30,125 nt of DNA from a virus. Taxonomy: Duplodnaviria; Caudoviricetes. This document shows, in pieces, positions 1 through 8,098 of this stretch; position 1 is the stretch's first letter, and every line of letters begins with the position of its first letter. The stretch spans positions 1-30,125 of IMG/VR virus record IMGVR_UViG_3300037237_000156; one strand, written 5' to 3'. The position numbers and the translations under genes are program-made. The notes under the pieces are model-generated. The model was not told the DNA's origin. It worked only from the letters and a program-made list of their open reading frames with translations, and made no database searches.

Positions 1-86
1 CCCGAGGATCGCGTCGAGCGCGTCCAGCAGAAGGTTCGGATGTTTGAGAGAAGGATCGGCCCGGCGAGGGGCGACATCCTGCGGGT

Positions 87-338
87 GTGGCCGAAGGCAT
101 GAACCGGTTTGGGGGCGGCGCGGGCGGTGACGCGATCGACTTCAACGCAGTCGCGTCGACGCGCATCGGCTACATCGCGGTCGAGCCGAAGATTTGCGAG
201 TGGTGCTGCGCGAACTTCTGCCGCGTGGTGGGATCGGGCGTCAGGGAATGTCCGAAGTGCGGCGGCCGTCTGGAGCGGCTGGCGAGCCAGCCTCTTCGCT
301 CGACAATCCAAAAGGGACACGCTCGGAGGGTGGCGTAG
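87..338 (+). CDS. Small zinc-finger protein (CxxC...CxxC)
   Basis: CEWC and CPKC motifs; stop abuts the GTG of the next gene; start could be ATG 99. Confidence 0.55.
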   Translation: MAEGMNRFGGGAGGDAIDFNAVASTRIGYIAVEPKICEWCCANFCRVVGSGVRECPKCGGRLERLASQPLRSTIQKGHARRVA

Positions 339-596
339 GTGGCAACTGTGCATCTCGACGAAGAGTGGCCGAAGGCGAAAGGCACAGTCGAAGTGATGCT
401 CGGCCGGCACAGCGCGCTGCTTGACGGCAACGGCAACGGTGAGCGCGGGCTCGTGAGCGTGGTGGCACGGATACAGACCGAAGAGACGATTGTGCGGGAT
501 CGGCAGCACAGGATCAATCAGCGCTGGATGCTGCTCGTCGCTCTGATTCCGGTCCTGATTAAAGTGCTCACGATGATGGGCTGGTTGCCGAAATAA
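339..596 (+). CDS. Holin-like/XhlA-like membrane protein with C-terminal TM helix
   Basis: GGAGG SD upstream; LDGNGNGERGL motif, coiled region, hydrophobic C-terminus WMLLVALIPVLIKVLTMMGWL; TAATG overlap with the endolysin. Confidence 0.7.
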   Translation: MATVHLDEEWPKAKGTVEVMLGRHSALLDGNGNGERGLVSVVARIQTEETIVRDRQHRINQRWMLLVALIPVLIKVLTMMGWLPK

Positions 597-1156
597 TGGC
601 GACGCCTGAACAGGTGGAGTTCCTGCGGAGGGCTTGCGGAGCGGCCCGGCTCGCGCATCACGTTTGGTCCGAATACGCAGCCTGCGAAGCGGCGCTCGAA
701 ACAGCGTGGGGGACGTCGCGGCTGTATCTGCAGGGCAACAATGTCTTCGGCGAAAAGCAGCACGCGAAGCCGGTGTTTCTCACGGTGACGCTGCCGACGC
801 GCGAATACCGGTACGGCGTGGGCTGGATCACGGTGCAGGCGCCGTTTATCTGGTTTCCGTCGCCGATTGAGGCGTTCGAGATGCGGATGCAGACGCTGCG
901 GCGGCTGGCGGTGGAGAAGAACAGCGCCGGCGAGCTCGAATATCCCGAATATGCCGCGGCGCTGGCCGCGACGTCGGGAGAAGCGTTCGTGACGGAAGTT
1001 TCAAAGCGCTGGTCGACGGATCCCGAGCGCGGCGCGAAGGTGCTGGAGATCTTCAACGCGCACATGGATGTGTTTGCGCAGAGCGCGAACCAGGAGGAAG
1101 GCAAATGGGCAGGCAACCGATATCGATTTCAGGCGGCAACGCGACGCCGGCAGTGA
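596..1156 (+). CDS. Endolysin, glucosaminidase/FlgJ-like (GH73)
   Basis: AALETAWG, NNVFGEK, TLPTREY and WSTDP match GH73 motifs (LES.WG, NNLFGIK, T.EY, YATDP). Confidence 0.88.
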   Translation: MATPEQVEFLRRACGAARLAHHVWSEYAACEAALETAWGTSRLYLQGNNVFGEKQHAKPVFLTVTLPTREYRYGVGWITVQAPFIWFPSPIEAFEMRMQTLRRLAVEKNSAGELEYPEYAAALAATSGEAFVTEVSKRWSTDPERGAKVLEIFNAHMDVFAQSANQEEGKWAGNRYRFQAATRRRQ

Positions 1157-1323
1157 GTACGGCGTCGCATTTCTTCGCCAATTACAAGACCACGCTGTGT
1201 GGACTGGCCGGCGCAGCGCTGCTCGCGGTGCAGACCTACAACGGCGGCGGCGGATGGAAGGGCTACGTCGGCGCGGCGCTGGTCGCGGTCTGCGGCGGCC
1301 TGATGAAGGACTTCAACGCTTGA
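1105..1323 (+). CDS. Putative holin (2 TM)
   Basis: AGGAGG at 1092-1097; NYKTTLCG motif followed by two short hydrophobic helices and a KD C-terminus; alternative GTG start at 1153. Confidence 0.7.
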   Translation: MGRQPISISGGNATPAVSTASHFFANYKTTLCGLAGAALLAVQTYNGGGGWKGYVGAALVAVCGGLMKDFNA

Positions 1324-1649
1324 GCCTGTTCTCCGATCCCATCAGCGGCCTGTTCGGCGTCTTCTTCAAAAAAGCGCTGGACAGCAAGGTGATGCAGTAC
1401 GTCGTGCTGCTGCTGGAGATGGGGATTGCGGGGACGCTGGCGTTTCTCGCGTTCGCCGGCGGCGCGCTGGTCGCGCGACAGCCGGTGGCGTGGTCCGTCG
1501 GAACGGGTATGGTCGCCGCAGCTATCGCGATGCTGGCAACGTTTCAGGCGTCGCCCAACAGCAAAGGGCTCGTGATTTCGTTCCCGTCGAAGCTGGCGGA
1601 CGAGCGGATCGATACGCCCACCACCACCATCGAGAGGAAAACGAAATGA
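1320..1649 (+). CDS. Membrane protein of the lysis cassette (2 TM), 109 aa
   Basis: TTG start overlaps the holin stop (TTGA); two hydrophobic segments; ATGA overlap with the next gene. Confidence 0.7.
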   Translation: MSLFSDPISGLFGVFFKKALDSKVMQYVVLLLEMGIAGTLAFLAFAGGALVARQPVAWSVGTGMVAAAIAMLATFQASPNSKGLVISFPSKLADERIDTPTTTIERKTK

Positions 1650-2182
1650 TTCGACGCATCGCAATTCTTGCATTCATCTTCGCGCTGGCGCTGAGCTTTG
1701 GCTTTGCGCAGACGGTTGTAGCTCCGGCAGTTCCCGCCGCGCCTGCAACCGGATTGCACTTTGCCACTTCGGTGCAGGCCATCGAGCTGGACATCGCCGG
1801 CACCACGGCGGCGGCGGAGAGCACCATCGCAACGCTCGACTTTACAGCCACGACACAGATTCAGGGACAGGCGATTGTCGGGCCCGGCTACAAAGGCTAC
1901 TACGGCGGCCTGCAGTGGACGCCCGATTTCTCGAAGCTGATCGCAAAGACGCTGCTGCCTGCGGACACTCTGCAGCCGTATCTCAGCGGCGCGGGCGGCG
2001 TCGGTCAGCAGGCGGACGGAATCAATCACGCCTCGGTGATCGTTGGCGGCGGCATGAACTACGATCCCACAGGTACCGGGCACTTCTCGGTGCAGGCTGG
2101 ACGCTTCGATTACGTGCGTGTCGGCTCGAAGAACGGCTGGGCTGTGGGCGGCGGCATTTCCATCATCTTCCCGCAGTCCTAA
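1646..2182 (+). CDS. Secreted outer-membrane beta-barrel protein, 178 aa
   Basis: GAGG SD; signal peptide MIRRIAILAFIFALALSFGFA|Q; alternating amphipathic strands (YYGGLQW, PYLSGAGG, VGGGMNY, GRFDYVR, WAVGGGISIIF). Confidence 0.75.
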   Translation: MIRRIAILAFIFALALSFGFAQTVVAPAVPAAPATGLHFATSVQAIELDIAGTTAAAESTIATLDFTATTQIQGQAIVGPGYKGYYGGLQWTPDFSKLIAKTLLPADTLQPYLSGAGGVGQQADGINHASVIVGGGMNYDPTGTGHFSVQAGRFDYVRVGSKNGWAVGGGISIIFPQS

Positions 2183-2186
2183 GCCA

Positions 2187-2561
2187 GTGCCGAGTGCTGC
2201 CAAAAGGCCATGCGCGCGGCCGGGATGTCCAAACCTGGTCGCGCGTGGGTACTGTGCCAGCTGTCAGCCCGTGTACAGCTCGAAGGCGCTGACGGAGCAG
2301 CGGCGGCCGAGCGCGCACAAGCGCGGCTACACGCGCAAGTGGGATGCGGCGAGCAAAGGATTCCTGCGGTCGAATCCGCTGTGCGCCGGCTATCCGCGGG
2401 GCGTCCATGGCGAACGGCCGGTCGCGGCAGAGGTGACGGATCACCTCGAGGCAGCGGCGAAGCGGCCTGATCTGTTCTGGGAGAGATCGAACTGGCAGCC
2501 GCTATGTGGTAACTGCAACAAAAGAAAGAACATCGCGGAAGAGGGCGGCCTGAGGGGGTAG
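2187..2561 (+). CDS. HNH endonuclease (HK97 gp74-like terminase cofactor)
   Basis: RPC..PGC..L...YC N-terminus, SAHKRGY..KW, VTDH, FWERSNWQPLCGNCNKRK; located directly before TerS. Confidence 0.92.
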   Translation: MPSAAKRPCARPGCPNLVARGYCASCQPVYSSKALTEQRRPSAHKRGYTRKWDAASKGFLRSNPLCAGYPRGVHGERPVAAEVTDHLEAAAKRPDLFWERSNWQPLCGNCNKRKNIAEEGGLRG

Positions 2562-2760
2562 GGGGGTCGAAATCTCTCCGAAGGCATCGCCGCAGACCGC
2601 TTGCCAAGCAAAGTTTTACGTCCACAAAATACGACATTTCAGGCCAAGCGAATCAGAATCACGAACTCGCAGCATCGACGCGTCGAAGGGGCCGGAATCA
2701 GCCGTAGAAGCCCCGCAGAGGCGCCGATGCGCGGTTCGACGCCTTCGAAGGGGGAGTAAA
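2553..2760. other. Candidate cos/packaging region
   Basis: Non-coding gap between HNH and TerS starting GGGGGTAGGGGGGTCGAAATC, with short repeats; usual position of cos in HK97-like phages. Confidence 0.55.
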
Positions 2761-2786
2761 GGCGCAGCAGCCAGAGTGGTGAAGCA

Positions 2787-3245
2787 ATGTCCAGACCGCG
2801 CACACCGACCGCCGTCCTCGAACTAAAGGGATCGTTCCGCAAGAATCCCAAGCGGGGTGAGGAGCGAGCATTCGAGCCGCGGTCGACCGGCCATTGTGAG
2901 CCACCGGCACAGTTCCTGCGCACGGACGTCTCCGAGTTCGCGCGCTACCTGGCGATCTGGAAGGAGACGGTTGCGATTTGCTGGTGGCTGACGCCAGCCG
3001 AGGCCGGTCCGCTCGCCAGCTATTGTCGTTTGAAGGACAAGGAAAACCGCGGCGTAGCGAAGCCGGCGGATCTCAGCAACCTCATCAAGCTGTATCCGAT
3101 TTTGGGCATGACGCAGGATGGAAGAGCAAAGTTCAGAGAACGCGGCGCGGAAGCGCTCGGCGAAGGCGCCTCGAAAGGCCCGCACGCGCAAGCCGACGAC
3201 TGGGAGAACATCGCCGGCGAAGCCGAGCGCCTCCGAATCGTCTAA
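2787..3245 (+). CDS. terS: Terminase small subunit (P27-like)
   Basis: MSRPRTPTAVLELKGS N-terminus and LGMT..GRAK near the C-terminus; position before TerL. Confidence 0.88.
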   Translation: MSRPRTPTAVLELKGSFRKNPKRGEERAFEPRSTGHCEPPAQFLRTDVSEFARYLAIWKETVAICWWLTPAEAGPLASYCRLKDKENRGVAKPADLSNLIKLYPILGMTQDGRAKFRERGAEALGEGASKGPHAQADDWENIAGEAERLRIV

Positions 3246-4977
3246 GCGCAACTATGCCGAGATCGCGCACCGCTATGCGCGCGACGTCGTCGCCGGTCTC
3301 GTTCCGGCCTGCAAGTGGGTGCGTCTGGCATGCCGGCGTCACCTGCGGGATCTCGCAAGGTCTCGCGAGAAGGATTATCTGTATCGGTTTGACGCGGCCC
3401 GGGCGAACCTGCCTTGCCGCTTCATCGAGAAGCTGCCGCACACGCGTGGCCAGTGGGCGCGTGTGCGGCGCGGACATTCAAACCGGATCCAGCTCGAGCC
3501 GTGGCAGATCTTCATCGTCTGCGCGATCTTCGGCTGGATCAACAAGGCGACGCGCTTCCGCCGTTTCGCCGAGGCCTACATCAAGGTGCCTCGGAAAAAC
3601 GCGAAGAGCACCCTTGCCGCAGCGATCGGCCTGTACATGCTCATGGCCGACGGCGAGTACGGCGCCGAGGTTTACAGCGGCGCGACGAAAGAGAAGCAGG
3701 CCATGGAGGTCTTCAAGACCGCATGGCGCATGGTCAGGAAGACGCCGGCGCTGGAGGATTATTTCGGGATCGAGTCGGCGATCAAATCGCTGTATCGCCG
3801 GGAGGACGGGAGCAAGTTCGAACCGCTGGTGGGGGATCCCGGGGACGGCGCCTCGCCCAGCTGCGCGATCGTCGACGAGTATCACGAGCACGACACCTCG
3901 ATCCTGCACGACACGATGCAGACCGGGATGGGTTCGCGGGAGCAGGGGCTGGTCATCGACATCACGACCGCGGGCAGCAAGATCGAGGGCCCGTGTCACA
4001 TCCTCGAACGCGACGTCGAGAAGCTCCTCGACGGTTTGGTCGAGAACGATGCGCTGTTCGGCATCATGTACGGGATCGACCTGGAGCCGTACGAATGGGA
4101 CGGCGTCAAGGTGCCGGTCGACGACTGGAAAACGGAGACCGCGCTTCGCAAAGCGAATCCGAACTACGGCGTCTCGGTGTTCGCGACGTTCCTGCAGAAG
4201 CAACTGCGTGAGGCGATCCAGAGCGCGCACAAGCAAAACACGTTCAAGACAAAGCACGAGAACGTGTGGGTCAACGCGGCGATCGGGTATTACAACGTGG
4301 AGGCCTGGCGCCGCTGTGCGGATCCAAGCCTGAATCTCGATCAGTTCAGGCGCGAGAAGTGCTGGGAAGGCACCGATCTCGGAGCGAAGGACGATCTGGC
4401 TTCGAGGGTTAAGGTGTTTCGCCGCATCGTCGGTGGCGCGGTGCACTACTACGTGTTCGGCCGGCATTATGTGCCGCACGACCGGGCGATGGATGGGGAC
4501 CATTCGCACTACGAACGCTGGATTGCCGACAACCAGCTGCAGGCGCATGCCGGCGCGGAGATCCAGCTGGAAGCGATCCAGAAGGAAATCGAGGACGAAC
4601 TCGGGACCTTCGACTTTCAGTGTTTGGCTTTCGATCCATGGGGGGCTCTGCAAATGCAGCAGGAACTCGCGCTGAAGCTCTCCGAGGATGTGGTGCTGAG
4701 CATCCCGCAGACGGTGCAGTACCTGTCGGCGCCGATGAAGGAGATCAACGCCGCCTCGCTGGCCGGCAGGATCCATCACGACGGCGATCCGGTGCTGGCC
4801 TGGGCCATCTCGAATGTGATCGCGCGCGAGGACAACAACGAGAACGTGTTTCCGCGTAAGGAAAAAGGCGGGAACCAGAAGATCGACCCGCACAGCGCGC
4901 TGTTGAACGCGATGAACCGGGCCATGGTGGGCGACACGCGTCGCCCGTTTACGCCGCCGATGATGGGGTACATGTGA
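3118..4977 (+). CDS. terL: Terminase large subunit
   Basis: LEPWQ, Walker A VPRKNAKST, Walker B AIVDEYH, ITTAG, KANPN, GTDLG..DD, FDPW, KIDP nuclease motif; exact start uncertain. Confidence 0.97.
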   Translation: MEEQSSENAARKRSAKAPRKARTRKPTTGRTSPAKPSASESSKRNYAEIAHRYARDVVAGLVPACKWVRLACRRHLRDLARSREKDYLYRFDAARANLPCRFIEKLPHTRGQWARVRRGHSNRIQLEPWQIFIVCAIFGWINKATRFRRFAEAYIKVPRKNAKSTLAAAIGLYMLMADGEYGAEVYSGATKEKQAMEVFKTAWRMVRKTPALEDYFGIESAIKSLYRREDGSKFEPLVGDPGDGASPSCAIVDEYHEHDTSILHDTMQTGMGSREQGLVIDITTAGSKIEGPCHILERDVEKLLDGLVENDALFGIMYGIDLEPYEWDGVKVPVDDWKTETALRKANPNYGVSVFATFLQKQLREAIQSAHKQNTFKTKHENVWVNAAIGYYNVEAWRRCADPSLNLDQFRREKCWEGTDLGAKDDLASRVKVFRRIVGGAVHYYVFGRHYVPHDRAMDGDHSHYERWIADNQLQAHAGAEIQLEAIQKEIEDELGTFDFQCLAFDPWGALQMQQELALKLSEDVVLSIPQTVQYLSAPMKEINAASLAGRIHHDGDPVLAWAISNVIAREDNNENVFPRKEKGGNQKIDPHSALLNAMNRAMVGDTRRPFTPPMMGYM

Positions 4978-5165
4978 AACCAGAGTGGATGCAGCTGGCG
5001 AAGCGTCTGGCCACGGATCTGATGTTCCTCGCCGGCCTCGCTCTCGCGATCTTCGGTGTTTGGGTTTGGTCGCATCCATTGGGCCTGATCGTGGGAGGAA
5101 TAGTCCTCGCGGCGCTCGGCTTTCTTTTCGGTTATGACCCGGCAACCCTGCGGAGACGCCCGTGA
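4974..5165 (+). CDS. Small 2-TM protein between TerL and portal
   Basis: GTGA overlaps at both ends; hydrophobic hairpin. Confidence 0.75.
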   Translation: MKPEWMQLAKRLATDLMFLAGLALAIFGVWVWSHPLGLIVGGIVLAALGFLFGYDPATLRRRP

Positions 5166-6808
5166 CGATTGTCAGTTCGCTGGCTCGAGGCTTTTACGGC
5201 GCGCGCGCGGATCTCGCCGGCGCGCCGGCGCCGTGGGACGATTACTGGTACACGCCGATCGGAGCGCCCTCGGTCTCCGGGATGAGGGTGACGCCGGAAA
5301 CGGCGAAACGGCTGGCTACGGTGATCGCCGCGGTGGGGGCCAAGTCGCGCGCCCTGGCCGTTCTGCCCTGTCTCATCTATACGGACATCCCGGGCGGCGG
5401 AAAGAAAGTCGTTCGCAAGCACCCGCTGTTTCCGATTTTGCATTCGCGGCCGAACGACATGCAGACGGCGTTCGAGTTCTACCAGATGCTGCAGGGGCAT
5501 GTGGAGCTGCGCGGAAATGCCTATGCGGAGATTCTGACCAGCAGCCGCGGTGTGATCGGCGAACTGATCCCGATGCATCCGGATCACGTTCGGGTCGAGA
5601 TGCTCAGCAGTGGCCGGCTGCGCTACATCTATAACGACCCGCTCACAAACTCAACGCGGACGCTGCTGCAGGGCGAAGTGTTTCATGTTCGCGACTGGGC
5701 CGATTCCCGCGCGGTGGGGCAGTCGCGCATCACCATGGCGATGGACGTCTATGGCGTCGCCCTGGCGCAGCAGGATTACGCCGGCAAGTTCCTGAAGAAC
5801 GACGCTGCGTCGGGAGTTATCGTTACCGGCACAAATTTCGAAACGAAGCAGGCCGAGGAGGAATATAAAGCCGCCTTTCTGGCTTCGGCAACGGGGGAAA
5901 ACCGGCACAAGATTAAGCTGCTGCCGCCCGGCGTCGATATCAAGACGCTGGGAGTCAAGCCCAGCGACATGCAGTTGCTCGACGCCTCGAAGGCCTCCGA
6001 CATCAAGATTTGCTCGATCCACAACATCCTGCCGCACCTGATTGGGGTTGACACGGGTCGTGCGGCCACTTACGCGAGCGTCGAGCAATTCAACCTGATG
6101 CATGCGCAGCAGTCGGTCCTGCCGATGGCGGTGATGTGGGAGCAGGCGATTCAGCGCGATCTGATGGACGACGATCGCTTTTATGCCAAGTTCTCCCTGG
6201 CGGAACTATTGCGCGGCGACTTCGCGACGCGCACGACCGGCTATGCGGTGGCCATCGAGCATGGCTGGCTGTCGCCTGACGACGTCCGCGAGCTCGAGGA
6301 TATGAACCCGATTAAGGGCGGCATCGGGCGTCAGTACTTCCGGCCTCTGAACTGGACGACGCTCGATGCGCCGGCCGCGCTGCCGCCATCGTCCGGGAAT
6401 CAGGATGGAGTTTCCGAGGAGGACGACGATCAGGAGCCGGAAACGGGATCGGGCGCCGATCCGCAGGATCAGTCCGCACTGCGCTCCCGTCTTGAGCTGA
6501 TGGCGCAGGACAGCGCCGCGCGCTGTGTCCGTCGCGAAGTGAATGCATTGCGGAAGATGGTGCAGAACGAGGCCTCCGCACCACAGATCGAGCAGTTTTA
6601 TGCAGAGCACTTCCGCTTCATCTGCGGAGTGTTTCACTTCACCTCGCTCGCGACGGTCAGGGCGAAGCAAGGTTGCGATGCGCGCAAGTCGGAATTTACG
6701 CGGTGGATGGCCGAAGGGGACGCCGCGAACGCTATTCGCTGGATCGAAACGGTGGCCGCCACGCAACCGGCGGCTCTGGCAGCCCTCGCGGTGGAAGGAG
6801 TCCTTTGA
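5162..6808 (+). CDS. Portal protein, HK97 family, with C-terminal extension
   Basis: RPN..QTAFEF, LRGNAYAEI, L.PMHPDHV, EVFHVR, LLRGD, GWLSPDDVRELEDMNP. Confidence 0.96.
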   Translation: MTIVSSLARGFYGARADLAGAPAPWDDYWYTPIGAPSVSGMRVTPETAKRLATVIAAVGAKSRALAVLPCLIYTDIPGGGKKVVRKHPLFPILHSRPNDMQTAFEFYQMLQGHVELRGNAYAEILTSSRGVIGELIPMHPDHVRVEMLSSGRLRYIYNDPLTNSTRTLLQGEVFHVRDWADSRAVGQSRITMAMDVYGVALAQQDYAGKFLKNDAASGVIVTGTNFETKQAEEEYKAAFLASATGENRHKIKLLPPGVDIKTLGVKPSDMQLLDASKASDIKICSIHNILPHLIGVDTGRAATYASVEQFNLMHAQQSVLPMAVMWEQAIQRDLMDDDRFYAKFSLAELLRGDFATRTTGYAVAIEHGWLSPDDVRELEDMNPIKGGIGRQYFRPLNWTTLDAPAALPPSSGNQDGVSEEDDDQEPETGSGADPQDQSALRSRLELMAQDSAARCVRREVNALRKMVQNEASAPQIEQFYAEHFRFICGVFHFTSLATVRAKQGCDARKSEFTRWMAEGDAANAIRWIETVAATQPAALAALAVEGVL

Positions 6809-7959
6809 TGCAATATTCGCGGATCGTTCGCGCTGTCTATTCCTCGGTCTGGGCGATTTTGCCGGAAAAGCTGCAGGCGATCGCGGAGTTTCTGAATGTG
6901 AGAATCGCCGGCGGCGCGGTCTCGCCCGATCTGATCGCGGCGATCCGCGCGGAGAATGCGGTCGCAGCCTCGCGCATGCGGGCTCTCTCGGCCGACAAGC
7001 CGGGCTCGGTGATGGTGCTGCCGCTCTTCGGCATCATCAATCAGCGCTACGCGGGCGACTTCTCCGGGCCCAGCGGAACCTCGGTGCAGCAATTCACCCA
7101 GCAGTTTCGCCAGGCGATGAACGATCCCAACGTTAAGGCAATCGTGATTGACGTCGATTCGCCCGGCGGCACGGTCTCCGGCGTCGACGAGCTCGCCACC
7201 GAGATTTACAACGCGCGAAAGCAGGGAACGAAAAAGATCACGGCGGTTTCAGATTGCCTCTGCGCCAGCGCCGCCTATTGGATCGCGTCTCAGGCCAACG
7301 AAGTAGTCGTCAGTCCAACCTCACTCACCGGCTCGATCGGCGTGTACCAGCTGCACGAAGACGATTCGGAGATGTTGAGCCAGGTGGGCGTCAAGGTTAC
7401 GCTGATCTCGGCCGGACCTTACAAGACGGAGGGCAACAACTACGAGCCTCTCGGCGAGGAAGCGAGGGTCGCGATGCAGGGCATGGTGGACGACTTCTAC
7501 GGGATGTTTACGAAGGCGGTTGCCCGCGGTCGCGGCGTCGCCGTCAAGGCAGTCAGCGGAGGATTCGGCCAGGGCCGCGTGCTCACGGCGCAGGATGCCG
7601 TCAAGCAGGGTCTCGCCGACAGAATCGCGACGCTCGACGAAGTGCTGGCGAAGTTCGGCGTGAAGCAATCCGCGGGCTCGTCGGCCGCGACTGAGCCGCC
7701 GGCGATCGCGGAATCCGGATCCGCACTGCGCGCGGACACGGTGATCGATGACGACAATGTCGACGATGCCTCCGACGCGGAGTGCAGCTGCGAATGCGAA
7801 GGGTGCGTCGCCGGCGACTGCGGCTCCTGCACGCATGAGGGCTGCGATCCGGAAGCAGAAGACTGTCAGGGCTGCGCAATGGCCTCCGGCGCGGCGAAGA
7901 AAGGCGCGAATCCGGCGGCAGCTGCGCGGTCGCGTCGGCTGCGGCTGGCGCGTATTTAA
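6808..7959 (+). CDS. Prohead maturation protease, S49 (SppA/ClpP-like), 383 aa
   Basis: TGATG coupling; DVDSPGG, CASAAYWIASQA, TGSIGV, ISAGPYK, GLAD. Confidence 0.93.
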   Translation: MQYSRIVRAVYSSVWAILPEKLQAIAEFLNVRIAGGAVSPDLIAAIRAENAVAASRMRALSADKPGSVMVLPLFGIINQRYAGDFSGPSGTSVQQFTQQFRQAMNDPNVKAIVIDVDSPGGTVSGVDELATEIYNARKQGTKKITAVSDCLCASAAYWIASQANEVVVSPTSLTGSIGVYQLHEDDSEMLSQVGVKVTLISAGPYKTEGNNYEPLGEEARVAMQGMVDDFYGMFTKAVARGRGVAVKAVSGGFGQGRVLTAQDAVKQGLADRIATLDEVLAKFGVKQSAGSSAATEPPAIAESGSALRADTVIDDDNVDDASDAECSCECEGCVAGDCGSCTHEGCDPEAEDCQGCAMASGAAKKGANPAAAARSRRLRLARI

Positions 7960-8098
7960 CGCACCTGCGAAATTGCACAATTCATGAAGTTCCCCGGCCA
8001 AAGCCGGTTATCCCTGGCGTCTGCCTCCGCCCGATGGCGGCGATCCGCGGCGCTTGACGTGCACGTAGTTTCGAACCGGGAAAAGAGAGGAATGGAAA

